A stretch of DNA of 64,000 nucleotides, taken from the NCBI GenBank assembly GCA_043228905.1, contig JBHGNT010000015.1:13392001-13456000 (forward strand), in the 5' to 3' direction. A model generated the notes under the pieces. That model was not told where the DNA came from. It made no database searches and worked only from the letters and a program-made list of their open reading frames with translations. The stretch comes from Azolla caroliniana. Its lineage: Eukaryota > Plantae > Polypodiophyta. A program made the position numbers and the translations under genes. Numbering within the stretch: position 1 is the first letter of the stretch; each line of letters opens with the position of its first letter. This document shows, piece by piece, positions 10,811 through 25,190 of the stretch.

Positions 10811-13800
10811 GACATGGTTGCATGGGAATGATCTAGGTTTTACTTTCCAATCTGCTCAACATAGACAAACATGGATTCGGTTAGATAGACCGTATGTGAT
10901 GCACGATGATTCTTTTTTACCGACATCACTTTGTATGACAGTTCTACAATATGTAGGAACTTCATATCATTTTCCTATTTGTTTGGAGGTTTTTAATCAT
11001 GCAATTGACATGTATAAATCCTTACTTGAAAAGCCTCCATTAGGCTTTAATTCTTCTCTTTTGCTTCAACCTCACTTTGATTCTCTCAAAGAGCAAATTT
11101 TGGTAAATGTTTCACAATAAGTGAATCTTAAAGGAGTTAAATCATGGGATATCACATTACGAACATTAAGATCATTCATCGTATGTATGGAGTAACTAAT
11201 GCTCAATAAAGAAGAGGTCTTCTTCGACAATTCTCACAAGTTCTCTCCAGGTGTAATGCATTATTGATACATGCACCATTAGATGAGGAGCTTTTGGATA
11301 TCCAAAGTTAATTGCAATTTATTATTTCTCAATTACAATGCCAAAGTTATCATTATGCAAAGACATGTCAAATGAGGGATGGGCTCATAGATAATCAATG
11401 CCAATCTCATTTGTTTTTCCAAGTGTTACATCCTACTTATACTTTATCTAATGTGGTACATGTGAAGCAAGGGCATGAATTGATAGTGGGTCCTACTACA
11501 ATAATTGGCATATGTGTTCATTGCTTGAAGGAGTTTATTGGCCCACAATTGTTAATGACAAATGAGGTGAGTGATCACGTCATGAGTTTTATGATGTAGT
11601 TGGACGTATTGTGCATGACCTCATTAGTCATGAATTGGATGCAGATTTCATTGAGGATGAGGTGGACACGGTTTTAAGGCATCTTCCTAGTGGCAAGAGC
11701 CTTGGTTGGGATGGCTTGACAAATGAAGTTTTTAAGCGATATTCAAACATTTTAAAGGGGCCCTTAACTTAGATGTTTCAACATTCTTGGGATTCTGGTT
11801 GTATGCCTCAAGCTTGGAAGGTTGGTCTAATTAAATTAGTTCCAAAGTTGGCATCTCCTGAGTCATTTCATCAATGAAGACCTATTTCTTTGATGGGGGG
11901 GTTGTATAAGACATTTACAAAGGTCTCAGCAAATAGATTACAAAAGTATTTGTCAAAGTTGATACATCCCGCAAATATATGGTTTTATTGTAGGTAGGAA
12001 TATATTGCATAATGTGTTGAATGTTCAAATGGCTATAGATTATGCTCGAAACACTCATCAAGAATTGATTATGGTGCAATTAGATTTGGAGAAAGCTTAT
12101 GATCATTGTTAATTGGTCCTTTGTTTTTGGGTTAATGCAGACAATGGGCTTTGGACCTCATATGTCTCGCCTCATATTTTTATCAGGACAAGATGTGGTG
12201 TCTCGAGTAATGCTTAATGGAGGAGTTACATCATATATTTGTCGTGGCCCATTGTTGTTTGCTATTGTTACTCATCCCTTGTTAGTGATGCTATCAAGGC
12301 TTGCAACAAATGATGACATTGTAGGTCTACACCTCCCATCTAGAGGGCAACTAGTAGCACAAGCTTTGGCTGATGATTCTTTTATGTTTCTACAAGCCTC
12401 ACGGGAGAATTTTGAGAAGGGGATGCTTGTATAGAACCAATTTGCATTGGCTTTCGGATTACATATTAATTGGAGGAAGTCTAGTCTCATATCATGTACT
12501 AAAAGGGATTTTGAATGTTTAGGATGGCAAGGATCCGTGGTAAAGAAAGATTCTATCTTTCGACACTTGGGCTATCCATTAGGAATGAATGTTACAAATG
12601 GTCAATTGATTGAATGGATGTCTAGTAAGTTGAGGGATAAGTTCATGCATTGGAAGTCACAATCTTGGCCATTTCATGTACGCTTGAAGGTTGTACAATG
12701 TATTATGCAACCCATGATATTATATTACTTGCCATTGTTGCCATGGACAAAGAAGGCTTTGCATTCTATTTTGCAACCTCTTCGATATTTGTTGTGGAAG
12801 AAGAGGGATAAGATGAGAATCACTTGGGTTTCATGGAATCATTTAGCAACCCCTAAGCGCTTGGGGGGAGCTGGAATATTGAACTTATCTATGCATATGA
12901 TGGCTCGTTGATTTTCATTATTACAAGACATGTGTTCAAAGTCACAACCATGGATATCTATTGTTCAATATTTCATTGAGAACAAAGGTTTAACACATGG
13001 GAGGACAACGATTAAGGCTTCATGGTGGCAATTACTAAATGGATGTATTTCACTTAGGATTCTGGGCTCTTCATGTGTTCAACACTTGGTTACCTCATGG
13101 CAAGAAGCACTCTTATTATGTGTATGGAAACCATCATCTAATAGAGAGCATTGCAATTCTTTGTAAAAAGAGTTACTTGTGTCTTCTTGGTTATTATGTT
13201 GGCCAGGAAAGGAGAGATTGCGATCTCAATTTAATCGTTTGTTTCATTTGGGGGTCAAAGAGGTGGGAGATATAGTTGAGGCTCCATCTCAAAGAATTTT
13301 GGAATTTGTTGAAGCGCGACAATTATTACGCATCCCACGTAATTATGGGTTTATTTGGCAACAACTGCAAAATATTGCATTGATGCAAGGTCCCTTACCT
13401 CTATAAAGAGGAGAACAACCGTGGATTGATTGGTGTTTACGGGGTCAAACGCATGTTACAAGTGACTATTAATCTTTTGTATCATTGCTCTGTTGAGTCT
13501 CTTAGATGGTTATCATCTAAGGCTGAAGAAAAAAATGGAAAATACACAAATATGATCATGGGTGGTGACAAATCTTACAACGTAGTTGACATTCTAAATA
13601 TCCACTTGTAGCAAAGGTCTTCATTTGGAGAGTTTTGATTGGAGGATTGCGTTTGGGATTAGCTCTAAAGTGTCGTTGACTAACAACGGGTAATTGCTTT
13701 TTTTGCATTGTTCAAATGGAAGATAGTACTCATTGATTTATACAATGTCTGATTGCTTGTTAGATTTGGAGTTACATTTCTCAAATTTGGCAAGTTTCAT

Positions 13801-14195
13801 CACGGTGTTATTTGACAACTAGACAGTGGGTTTGCACAATTTACACAGGTTGACCCAAAATCAGAGATGGAGATCGTTTTTCTATTTCTGAGATATTGGG
13901 GATTGCGTCATAATTGGAACATGTGCAACGCTTTTTTTTGTATTTGATGGTAGACATGGAGTGAAAGCATATCTACAAAAGTTGAAGGGAGTACTAATGT
14001 GACAATTTTCTGTATTGGAGTAAGCGGAAATTCTTTCCTCGGTGGAGTGTTCGTCTTGCCTATTGGCAATTCAACATGTTCCTCTTACCCGTGTAGTGTA
14101 GTGTAGTTAGTGGGTAACCATACTCCATTGTCACACCCATTGTAAGTAGTGTTTTTTATACACATTTATTAATATAATTGTGTGTTTTTTCACCA
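10811..14195 (+). mobile_element. Degenerate L1-type LINE ORF2 (endonuclease end, RT, zf-RVT)
   Basis: RLDR...SYHFPI, KSLGWDG, LDLEKAYDH, LADDS, PKRLGGAG, and CFFC...H..IQC motifs across many stops/frameshifts. Confidence 0.88.
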
Positions 14196-14212
14196 AAGAG
14201 AGAGAGAGAGAG

Positions 14213-14245
<33 letters not shown>

Positions 14246-14255
14246 ACTTCACAAG

Positions 14256-14643
14256 TAACAAATCGGCAAGGGTTTGAACCGAACCGAACCGTGACCGTGA
14301 CTTAACGGCTTTACGGTTTAAATGGTTCAGTTGAGTTTCAACATACTTTTATTTTAAAATTTTTAAAAAATTATTTTTAAACAATCTTTTCAGTTTTAGA
14401 CCTTATTCTCACATTTTAGGAACAATTTTTTAAATTTTAAAATTTAAAAAAAAATAAATTTAAAAAATTAAAACCTAAACTAAATCTCGGTTCTAACGGT
14501 TTCGTGGTTCGGTTCGGTTCGGTTCACTTCAGGTTTCAAATTTTTTACACATGGTTCGGTTTAGTTCAGTTCAAGTTTCAAAAATTTTACACACGGTTCG
14601 GTTTTGACCCTCTCAAACCGAACCGAACCGTTGCCGATTGTTA
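14256..14643. mobile_element. hAT-like MITE immediately upstream of CMSS1
   Basis: TIRs TAACAAATCGGCAAGGGTT / AACCGTTGCCGATTGTTA; many AACCG/CGGTT subterminal repeats; AT-rich core; TSD degenerate. Confidence 0.8.
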
Positions 14644-14683
14644 CGCAGAAGCACCACAGTTTATTTGGAAAAACCCTCCCAAG

Positions 14684-14724
<41 letters not shown>

Positions 14725-14730
14725 CTGGCT

Positions 14731-17700
14731 ATGGTGAAGGTGAAGCCTGTGTCTGAGGTACAGACACAACCTCCCTGCAGCGACGCTTCTTCTATTCACA
14801 AGACCAAGGAAGGGGGCCTGGGAAAGAAGAAGAAACAGAGGAAGCGGGAGGATGAGGAGGAGACAAGGAGCAGTAGTGATCGTACTGCAGAGAAGAGGAG
14901 GAAGAAGGAGAAGGTGAAGGAGAAGGAGAAGGAGAAAGAGAAGAAGAAGAAGAAGAGCGAGGGTGGAGCGGTGCAATGGCAAGACCTGTCTTACCAGGCC
15001 ACGTGGCTCTCTTCCGCCTTCAGCTCCGCATGCCAATCTTCCTCCCTGTCTCACCTAGAGCAAGGTCCCCCACTCACAGGTGAAATAACAAACACGAAGT
15101 CACATTCTCGCTTTCCTCTTACGGTATCCAAATTCTTTGTTCTTTTTCACATTGTGTCCTTCCCTGTCTCGATTCCCTTTCTTGTGTTTTTTTTTATTTT
15201 TTATTTTTTTTATGATGATTATGGATTGCTTTGCAGCGGATAATCTTGTTCAGTTGCAGATGGGAAGAGAGAGAGATTCTCAAAATCTATGCGAGCATGT
15301 GAAGAGCATGTTTGGGGATGCTTGGTCGACCGCAGTTCAGGACATTGACAGCAGTAAGGAGAAAGGAAGTCCATCACTTCTGATTCTTTGTAGCTCGGCT
15401 ATTCGGTGTGTGGAACTCCTCAAGTAAGTTTCAATGACTACGTTTCTTCTGTTTTGTGGCTGGCTAGATGTTCATCTGATCTATTATGTGCCTAATTATT
15501 CATTAAGCGCTAATAATTAAAAGTATGGAAAATACTTTAGATCATTACAATTCCTATATTGTGGGTATGTATATATTTTCTTTACTCAATAATACGTCTT
15601 GGTAAAAGTTTTTGAAGTTCAAGCTTACACTTTTACAGTGTGTATGAAAAATGCTGTTTCTGAATTATGCATCTTCAATAGGATATTGGTCTGGTTTTCC
15701 ATTTTTGTATTTTATTATGCCTCGTAAAAGATATCAAAATGTCTATAATTTCATATTTCTCGTGTCTCAATCATCAGTACCTTGTGATAATTTAATATTA
15801 TTTGTTTGTTTAGTCCTATGCAATGTAGTTAGAAACTTTGGGGTGTGCTCGTCTAGCCTACATTTTTACTCTCTATAGTATTTGGGTTTTAGGGATGAGT
15901 GTACTCATATACTTTCATTTGTCAAATGGATGAAACCACTTGACATAAACCTTGTGGCTTAACATCTTATGTCAATGTTGGTGTAGATGGAGTATAATCT
16001 TGTATAATCTTCCATGCACCAACAAGCATGGTATGCAGATCTTTCTTACTGCGTTAGGAGCATGGATAGCCTAGGAAATGCAATGGTGTGATTTCCATTA
16101 GAGAATAAGATCCAATTTATCATGTATAGCTGCCTAAATTTAGAGGTATGTGCTATGCTTGGTATAGAAGGTTCTATTTCTTTTGTCTTTCCTCTTGATG
16201 TCTTTGAACCCCGATTTCTCTGTATTTGTGTCATTTTACCTCTGTGCCAAAATCTAGCTCAGAGATTCAAAAAAATCCTAACTAGAATTGGCTTGTTTGG
16301 ATACAAACAAAATCCTATATTTTCCAAGGGAACCTTCAAGAATTGCAAGCATGCACACTGTCCAGCCAAATGATACTCTTGTTCGATGTGCTCCGCTGAT
16401 GTAATTTTCTTTGATAGATTATGTGTTCCATTTGTCATCTCTCAACCAGTTGTTATTTTATGTGCATAATTCAGCAGTGCTACATATTCTCATATTGCTT
16501 AATTTTTTTTTGAATGAATTGTGAAATGTCCACTTCCTTATTGCAATTTTTCTTATGTTTGCGATTATCAAGAGGATTAAGGAGTTTGACCAAAAAATGC
16601 AAGCCTGTCAAGCTATTCGCTAAGCATATCAAAGTGGAGGAGCAAGTAAGCCGTTTTCTGTTTGTTTTGTGTTAATTTGAATCATTCAACATATTTTGCC
16701 TTTGGAACTTGGGCAGAAAATCTTTATTTATTTATGGCCTTCAAATCATTAGTTTCAAAAAGAAATATTTTGGAAAATATACTGTGAGTGTATGTACAAT
16801 ATATACTATAGTATTCTGTAATCTAATATCATGTCAGAAAATACCACTTCTCTTTCCATAACACATGTTAAAGACAAAAAAGTATATATAAGTTGCATGC
16901 TGTTACTTATACCATCACAATGCTTTTCTTTTTGCAGGTGAAGGCTTTAGAGGATCATGTTAATATTGCTGTGGGCACTCCAAACAGGTAGCTTTTATCA
17001 TGCTAGATTTGTACTTTAAGGCACATGCTTAATAAGTAACATTACCTTCATGGAGTGTTAAGGTTCCATTTATTGCCATCTGATTGAATTACCCTCAGTT
17101 TATGAATTTTTTCTACGAAAGAAACAAGCTTAACTTTGAAATGGTCATTCTGTGACCATTCTGGTGCGTGAGTTTGCAGTATTGTGCATGAACCCCAAAT
17201 TCTGAACTTTTTAGGACAGACATGAGATTTTTTATGTTTTCCATACCCTTCTTCGGTGATCATAAGGAACTTGTTTGGCTATGCACACACACACATACAC
17301 ACATGCACACATACTCTGTTCATTTTAAGTAATTACAAAGAGTCAATGTGAAGCGAAAACCCTCAAACATGAATACATGGAGAAGACCAACAGGTCATAA
17401 TGTCTTAAATCTCAAAATGTTCAAAAAAAGGTTTATATATGCTAATTGATATCTTTTTAGAATTAACATCAATTGACTGGAAACCTGAATGTACATCTTT
17501 CTTTTTAAGTTATTGTGAAACATCTATTGTAGATGAAATTTCTCGAAATATTATTTGAAGGAAATGACCAAGAGGTCAGAATATTTGTTTAAAGATTGTA
17601 ACATTCAAAGAAGAGGGTTTACATATGACCCTCGATATATTTTGACACCCAGCAATCCTTAGCTGGAAGCCTATCTTTTAAGAGATTGATCATAATATAG

Positions 17701-18371
17701 TGTGCTGGCAGATAGCTATAAAACCCAAATTTTGACCCATGAGAAGATTTCAAAGGCCTGACGATATGAAGGTATGCAACCCATAAAAGCTTAAGAGCAA
17801 AAATATTTAATATTCACTAAAAGCATAGTTAATCCACATTAGCTGTATAAGCTATTATTGTATATACAATTTCAAGTTTTGTACAATGGGTAAACTCAGT
17901 ATGCAGTTTATTTTTATGAACTTTTAGGTTGCATTTGTAATGATGGATAAGCTAGGGGTTTGTGGTTTTCATATTATTTTGAGCTTTAAAAGTTTGATTG
18001 CATTGAATAGTTTTCTGATAAGTAAATTGTTTTGACTTTAATTCATGAAATCTTTCTTATTTTGTCCTTTTTTGCAGAGTGAAGAAGCTGTTAGATATAG
18101 GTGCATTAGGTGTGAATGCACTGTCTGTCATAGTTGTGGATATGTTTGAAGATGCAAAAGGATTTACACTTTTCACCATTCCTCAAGTCAAGTAGTGCTT
18201 CAGACCTCTGTTTTTGCCTTTTTAGTTTAACAAAAAAAAATCTTAGGTTTTCTTGTGCTGAAAGTAACAAATTTGTTTTGCTGGATTGTCAGAGCTGATT
18301 TCTGGGAGCTTTATAAAGATCATTTCCATCAGCAAATCATTGATAATAAACTCAAAGTATGTTTATACTAA
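14731..18371 (+). CDS. CMSS1: CMS1/CMSS1 pre-ribosomal (90S/U3) protein; exons 14731-15079, 15237-15423, 16573-16645, 16938-16987, 18078-18191, 18293-18371
   Basis: Lys-rich N-terminus, GSPSLLILCSSAIRCVELLK, KLFAKHIKVEEQ, IAVGTPNR, DAKGFTLFTIPQV, FWELYK...LKVCLY*; all introns GT-AG with consistent phases. Confidence 0.88.
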
Positions 18372-19284
18372 GCAGTTTTTGGCCCAGCCTCACATCCTGC
18401 TCTGCATAGGAATTGCTAAGTCAAAAAATCTAACATCAGTTTCTATTTTGGTGCCAATATTCAGTTTCTATGTTGATGTAAAATCTTCTCCACACTACCC
18501 TTATTGGGACATGGATGCTATCATGTAAATTTGAGTAGACTTTCAAGCTACTTTGTGTTGACAGGCTCTTAATTTTGACACTATTGACTGTAAAGAGTCA
18601 CACAGTTGCATGAAGAATGCGATATTTTGTTATTTTCATTTCACAGGAAAATGAGAATTGTTTATATCTTGGGTCAAGGTATTTCTGCTTTTTGTGATTA
18701 TTTGAGCTCATTATTACAAAAATATTGGATTATTGAGAGATAATATGCTTAGATTTGTATATAAATGAACATGGTGTGAATATTATGGAAACATAGAAGA
18801 CTTGTTGCACTTATTTGGCAATATCAAACAACTATTCATTAGGCTCATGCAAGTAAAGTTTATGCCCAATATCCAACACAGAAATTAGTATTTTTTGGCA
18901 TGTACAGAAATTACTGTATTGTGGTACAAACCTATAAACAATAGAAGCTCAATTGTTTAATTGATAAAAAGCTCATCCAGGAATTTTCTAACTGCAAATA
19001 CCAGATTCTATTTGGGACTGATGTGCTTGTAAATTTGAATTCCACAAATTAGAAAACCAATTATGTGGATTTTGTAGTAATTCGATTGAAAGTTATTGTT
19101 TTAGTTATTGCCAAAAGCCTCCAATCTGGAATCTGGAGAAACGTACAAAATTTTTTAAAGATGGTATCTCCAAGAAGCATGTATCTAGTGATGCTTCAGA
19201 CTTTGGATGACCAGGACATTGGATTTTCAGGTGGAAGATCATTTGAGTTTGGTGTGTCCCATCAAGCAACATGCCCAAAGTTTA

Positions 19285-19645
19285 TGCAAATGGTCATTTA
19301 CACTCCAAGCTTGAAATTTTCATAAATTAACAAGCAACTTATGTAATTGTGAACTCTTGGACAAAGCACTCCACTATTAACCACAGATCAGGAATAATGA
19401 GGACAGATCTTTAACAAATAACTTTGTTAGAAAGACAACCTCAACTAGCTCAAAGCAAAACACCTATGCAAATAGTCATTTACACTCCAAGCTTGCAAAT
19501 TTTCATAAATTAACAAACAGCTCATGTAATTGTGAACTCTTGAACAAATCATTCCACACTATAACCACAGATCAGGAATAATGACAGATCTTTAACAAAG
19601 AACAATGTTAGAAAGACAACCCCAACCAACTCAAAGCAAAACACC
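19285..19645. repeat. About 180-bp tandem duplication
   Basis: ATGCAAAT.GTCATTTACACTCCAAGCTTG...CAAAGCAAAACACC occurs twice. Confidence 0.8.
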
Positions 19646-22398
19646 AGACCATTTGATTCTTCTAATTCATACACATTCTAGACTTCCTCATTATGTTTTA
19701 CAAAACCCACTAGTATTCATAGTTCCCTATAGCTTGCAAAAAAAGAAAAATGCAGCTATCCTGCAATGCAATCCTGAACCAAATATCCTCAGTCTTCTTT
19801 CATTACCTATGGTCTTGTCAACAGTTCCATCTGCATTCCTCGGGTTATTGTGATTCATGAATATGCCTCACTTGATATGTTCATTCCCTCAATCCCATCC
19901 ACAATTCAGCCTTCACAGCGATGCAATGTTATTTCATGCAATTGAATCCAATCAATTATCTTTCACAGAAATGTAGCAGTTATTTTGGTTCGTTGGATTC
20001 TACCACAGTTACGTATTTTGATAGATCATTATTGTCCAGTTATTTTCCTCATTCCACCAAACAGATTTTCAATACATGGTTTCAGTTATTTTATTGAACC
20101 TAGTCAAAAGTACACATTGTACTCCTGAGTATATTTAGGCCCAGGCAGTTCAATACTTATTCACTAATTTCAATTCATAAATGTCCACAAATTTGCATCT
20201 AATGCACAGTGCCTTAGTAGTAGACCATTCTATAGCAATCCAAAATATTAGTAAAAATAAAATATATACTGCATTCCATCCATGATATGGCTAAAATACA
20301 TAACCAATAAAGTGTGAATGTACACTTTGACATAATAATCCTGAGGATGCATTGCATCTCAAGCACATTGCTTAACTAGTCGCCCACCTGTATCCTGAAT
20401 GTATTTATGAAATTTGTTCATATATTCCTTCCTGCATGACATTGAATACAGAAGTCATAACAAATATCTTCATTAAAGAGCAATATGTAAACAAATAAAA
20501 TTTGCAGTGCCTTCCGTCATCCTGAATTGAATCAAGAAATATCAGTCATAATCACGCGTCATGACTCATGCGTAAACACCAGATAAGATGGAATGCTTAT
20601 TACAACTTTCAACTGAGCTAAAACAATAGAATCAAATAAATTTGGCATTGCATGCCCATATTTCTGTTCAGAATAGTTCTACCATTTCTATACTGATCCA
20701 CCGAATTTTGGGATGGCATCACCAGATTCTTTTATGTATAGCTGAATCTTGGGCTTTTAGACTTGCAGACATTGGGTTGCGTTTACAGCCTATGCGACTT
20801 CAATAAAGTGCTATATTTTGTGGATTGGATCTTAGATGTCAACCACTTCAGTATTAGTTTAATTCAAGAACCTGTTTTGTCGATAATATAGACAGCAATA
20901 AAGATCACAAATCTAGCTAAAAAGCTTCTATACATGGTCAAAAAGACCATCTCCAGCCATATGAGGAAAGTTTGTTCACGCAAGTGAATAGAAATAGGAT
21001 GGATTATTTTGACAGCAAAGCTGTATGAATTTAATCTGGAGTGCATGGATTTTGAAATGACTTCACCTGCATTGGAGTAGGAGAGAATTTTATTTGGCAT
21101 ATGAAGTGTGGCATATACTAATACCAATCACTTATCCAGTGATCAATTTCTAGAGTTTTCTCATCAAATCTCCTCTAGCGAAATTCTTACCTGGCTGAAA
21201 AAAATGGGCCTTCCTGGTTTCTCTGTGGTAAGCATCCAACTCTGTTTGCAATCTTCTTGCACTAAGTACAATAAACTCTTTGAAGGGTATGGATCTCAAA
21301 TTTCTTTCGTGCAGTTTCTAGAACCATTACAGAGTGTGGAGTTGCACTTTTTACCCTAGATTGAGGCTTAGTTCTTTTGTTTTTTGTCTATTTCATTCCA
21401 TGAGGTTGCTGAAATATTGCTTCCTCAAACTTCAAGCTCCCTGTAGCAGAGTTTCCACCACATGCATTGAATACTATTGCTATAATCTAACATCTTTGGG
21501 TTACGCTCAAGTGGCACATGTTCTCATATTCATAGTATTGGGTTTATGCTGGATTCCAATCTTCTAGTTAGATACCTGTTCCAAGTATGTAATATACCAC
21601 CAAATCCTTACCCCAAATCTGATCAAAACTGATGAAACACACAAAGCCAGAAATGGGCCAACATTCATTGTGTCATTGCAAAAGGGCTGCAGATCAGTCT
21701 ACCAAGTCAGAAAATCATTAACTGCAGCACAGGGGTGGTACAAGGGTAATCAATAATTTTAGCTTCCCTGTCACCAGTAAACTACAAGATATGCCTAATG
21801 ACTTCAATTGCCTTCTCTTCACAGGTCTTAGACACAATGACTGCTAGGCAACTATGTTAACTGAAAGTATGCATCATATCGACACGCTTTTGTGGTCTTG
21901 GCAAGGATATACCGATGGACCTGGTGGATGACACATACAAGCAGACTATGATATCTCAATTTATCTGACAGAAAAAAGATTACATATAGAGAGAGTTAGG
22001 GAAGAAACAGAGAATTAAGAGATTATATAACAACTATTATTAGCAAGTAAGCTAATCTAATGTTGCTGAAGGGAGGGAGACAACTACCTCATGAAGTGGA
22101 GTGGTACATGTTTTATATGGATTGCAATCATTATAAATTGACATATCAGAATAACATGGCCACTCCATCGTACCAACTCCCTTGACTACCTCAGATGGCA
22201 CTGTGACCTAAACTTGGATACACTCTCCCCTTGGTCACTGACCTGAGGTAGAGAGGAGTCAGATAGAGCTTGCTCTTCTGCTATTAATACACACTCTGTT
22301 GTACACCTAATTGGTCTTATATACAGATTTTGGCGTTTAATAGGCACAGAAAACCCTTTTCTTATTTCCTCCTTTCTATCAAAACTTGACTAAAACTC

Positions 22399-23777
22399 CT
22401 AATAATAATACCTGACAGGGTGCTCATCTTGTGGACGGTTATAAGCAGTCCATACTGGTTCACCGACAAACAATCTAAGAACCTATACATTACAAGAACC
22501 ACATAAAAGTGAGTTCACAAACAAGATAATTAATATAAAAATATTAAGTCTGTTTCAGTGGGCTATACCTTGGCATAGTTATTTTCATCTAGTGTAAAAC
22601 GATGGTATATACCAGCCGGAAGAATAATTAGGTTTCCTTTTTTAGTCCATATACGGATCCATCTATCATCAGAGTCTCTTACATCAAAATAACCTGTCAC
22701 AAAACATCGAGAAATTTCATAATAAAAAAGATGCACGAGAGCATGAGTATACGAATTAGCTTGATCAATTTGGGCACATACCACTACCATCAAGGACAAA
22801 GCGTATTTCTTCATCCATGTGCATATGCTCTTCATAAAAAGTTTTAATTTTTGCTTCATAGTCTGGAAGTTTTCCTGGTGCAACTTCTACTATATCCTAG
22901 ATGATGATTCAAAAGAAATGAGCACATAAACGAAACATTTTTGACGATTGAAAGCTTTCATTACATACATGATATGTGTACCCTCTCTCTTGTCGAATGC
23001 TTAATAGTTCAGGATCATGTTCATAGTTGTCAGCATCCAAAACCCAATTTAACACTCCCATTTCTGCCTCCAAACCCAAGACATAATTTTTAAAAAAAAC
23101 TTTTCGGAAACCAGAACTGGATATGAATTTAAGAAATTAAATGTGTTTAAAAAAACCAAAGACCTTATTTCAAGATGATGAAGAACATCTTTTCATCGTA
23201 ATTAAGAGCTTAGTTCATCATGATTGAGATCTTAGTTCATCATGATGGAGATTTCATTCACCATAGTTGAAACTTTCTTTCATCATGATTCGGAAGTGCA
23301 TACATACCTAGATGCATGTATAGCTTCTATATCATAGGCATGGAATGTACATACATGTGACAATGAAACCACCAGCACTTTTATGCTGCTTTGTTGCACA
23401 AGAAGATGTGAAGGCACATACCTACATACATACATACATAATCATGATGCTCATGCATCACATACATAACTGTACACACAATTTTATGCCGCTTCATTGC
23501 ACAACAAGAAGTGAAGTTACATACATACATATACGGACACATACATAGCCGTACACACAATTTGATGCCGCTTCTTTGCACAACAAGAAGTGACGGTATA
23601 CACATACATAAACTGTACACAATTCTTTATGCGGCATCCTTTGCACAACAAGAAGTGACAGTCAGTATATTCACCCGCGAGTTTATGAGGGGAGACAGGT
23701 TGGATGGGGTGGAGATGGTGAGGCGTGCGGTGGTCGGCCACAGGGTCTTCGTCCATGTACCAAGCCTCCAGCGCCAT
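22399..23777 (-). CDS. ARD: Acireductone dioxygenase (methionine salvage); exons 23777-23675, 23063-22969, 22896-22782, 22693-22569, 22482-22399 (3' end uncertain)
   Basis: [55 protein letters not shown]; GT-AG introns in phase. Last exon either stops at HPVRYYY* or splices at 22411 to an unidentified exon. Confidence 0.93.
23390..23665. repeat. Degenerate tandem repeats in ARD intron 1
   Basis: TTGCACAACAAGAAGTGA recurring near 23393, 23497, 23576, 23641. Confidence 0.7.
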
Positions 23778-23783
23778 GTCTGC

Positions 23784-23879
23784 AGAGAGAGAGAGAGAGA
23801 GAGAACAGAGAATCAAATATGTATGTATGTATAGAGAGAACAGGGTAGAGAGAGAGAGAGAGTGTGTGTGTGTGTGTGT

Positions 23880-23963
<84 letters not shown>

Positions 23964-24083
23964 ACAGAGTATCAAATATGTACATATAGATAGAACAGGG
24001 TAGAGAGAGAGAGAGAGAGAGAACAAGAGTATCAAATATGTACATATATGTATGTAGATAGAACAGGGTAGAGAGAGAGAGAG

Positions 24084-24138
<55 letters not shown>

Positions 24139-24301
24139 ACAAGAGTATCAAATATGTACATATAGATAGAACAGGGTAGAGAGAGAGAGAGAGTGTGTGT
24201 GTGTGTGTGTGTGATGTGTGTGTGAGAGAGAGAGAGAACAAGAGTATCAAATATGTACATATAGATAGAACAGGGTAGAGAGAGAAAGAGAGAGAGAGAG
24301 A

Positions 24302-24336
<35 letters not shown>

Positions 24337-24340
24337 AGAG
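23784..24340. repeat. Composite (GA)n/(GT)n microsatellite-minisatellite upstream of the ARD start
   Basis: Five copies of spacer AACAAGAGTATCAAATATGTACATATAGATAGAACAGGGTAG between dinucleotide tracts. Confidence 0.92.
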
Positions 24341-24969
24341 GAGTTTGTTTATATTGTCTCTTATGTTTTTAATATTTTTTGTGACTTGCATGTCGCCACG
24401 TGCGGCTTCTTCTCTTGATATCGGGGACCTCTGGGAGAAACGCAAATGTGTATCAACTTCGTTGGGGACCCACCGAGGCCTTCACTTGATTTCCTCCAGA
24501 GTCTATCTATCGATCGATCAATGCCCAGACTGTGCTTCAAACCACCATAATGATATTGTTCGTTGTTGTGCTTGCTTCTGTATTGTGTTAGTAGTAGTTA
24601 CTTAGCCACACACCACATACTCATCGCATATGTGTCTCTCATGAGATCCAAACGGGAATGTGGACAACTGCGGTTGCCTATTGTTTCTGGGAAGCATACA
24701 TGAAGCTAGCTTAATATATTCACCATCTGGTTCTTCAACGTCTCCCTTTATCAACAACCTCAACGATGCCAAAAATGTCATCGAGGTGATGTCAAATATA
24801 TCACTCTCGACTTTGGATCACCCTCTCATTACTACATAATTGACCTCGTAAAACATCATTAATTAATTAAATCGTGTAGAAGGTATGGGTCTTACTCTCC
24901 ATCCAATCACATATCCCCCAACTTGAGGCCTATAAGTCAAGTTAGATGTGTGGAGTTTACACACACAGA

Positions 24970-25190
24970 CATTAGGAATGATGTCCATAGAATAGATTAT
25001 CAAATTATATATTGCCACTGCTCTAGTATAAGGCTATGTAACTTATAAGCCCACTACAACATGATGTTAACGTTGCTAGCCTTAGGAATAATATCCATAG
25101 AATAGATTATCAAATTATATACTACCATTCCTCTCGTATGATGGTATGTAACTTATAAGACCACTACAACATGATGTTAACGTTGCTCCC
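24970..25190. repeat. About 110-bp tandem duplication
   Basis: TTAGGAAT.AT.TCCATAGAATAGATTATCAAATTATAT...GATGTTAACGTTGCT twice. Confidence 0.8.

Noticed and set aside
23517-24445. Long ORFs rich in SLSL/HTHT
   Set aside because: Translations of dinucleotide repeats; only the MALEAWYMD portion is a real exon
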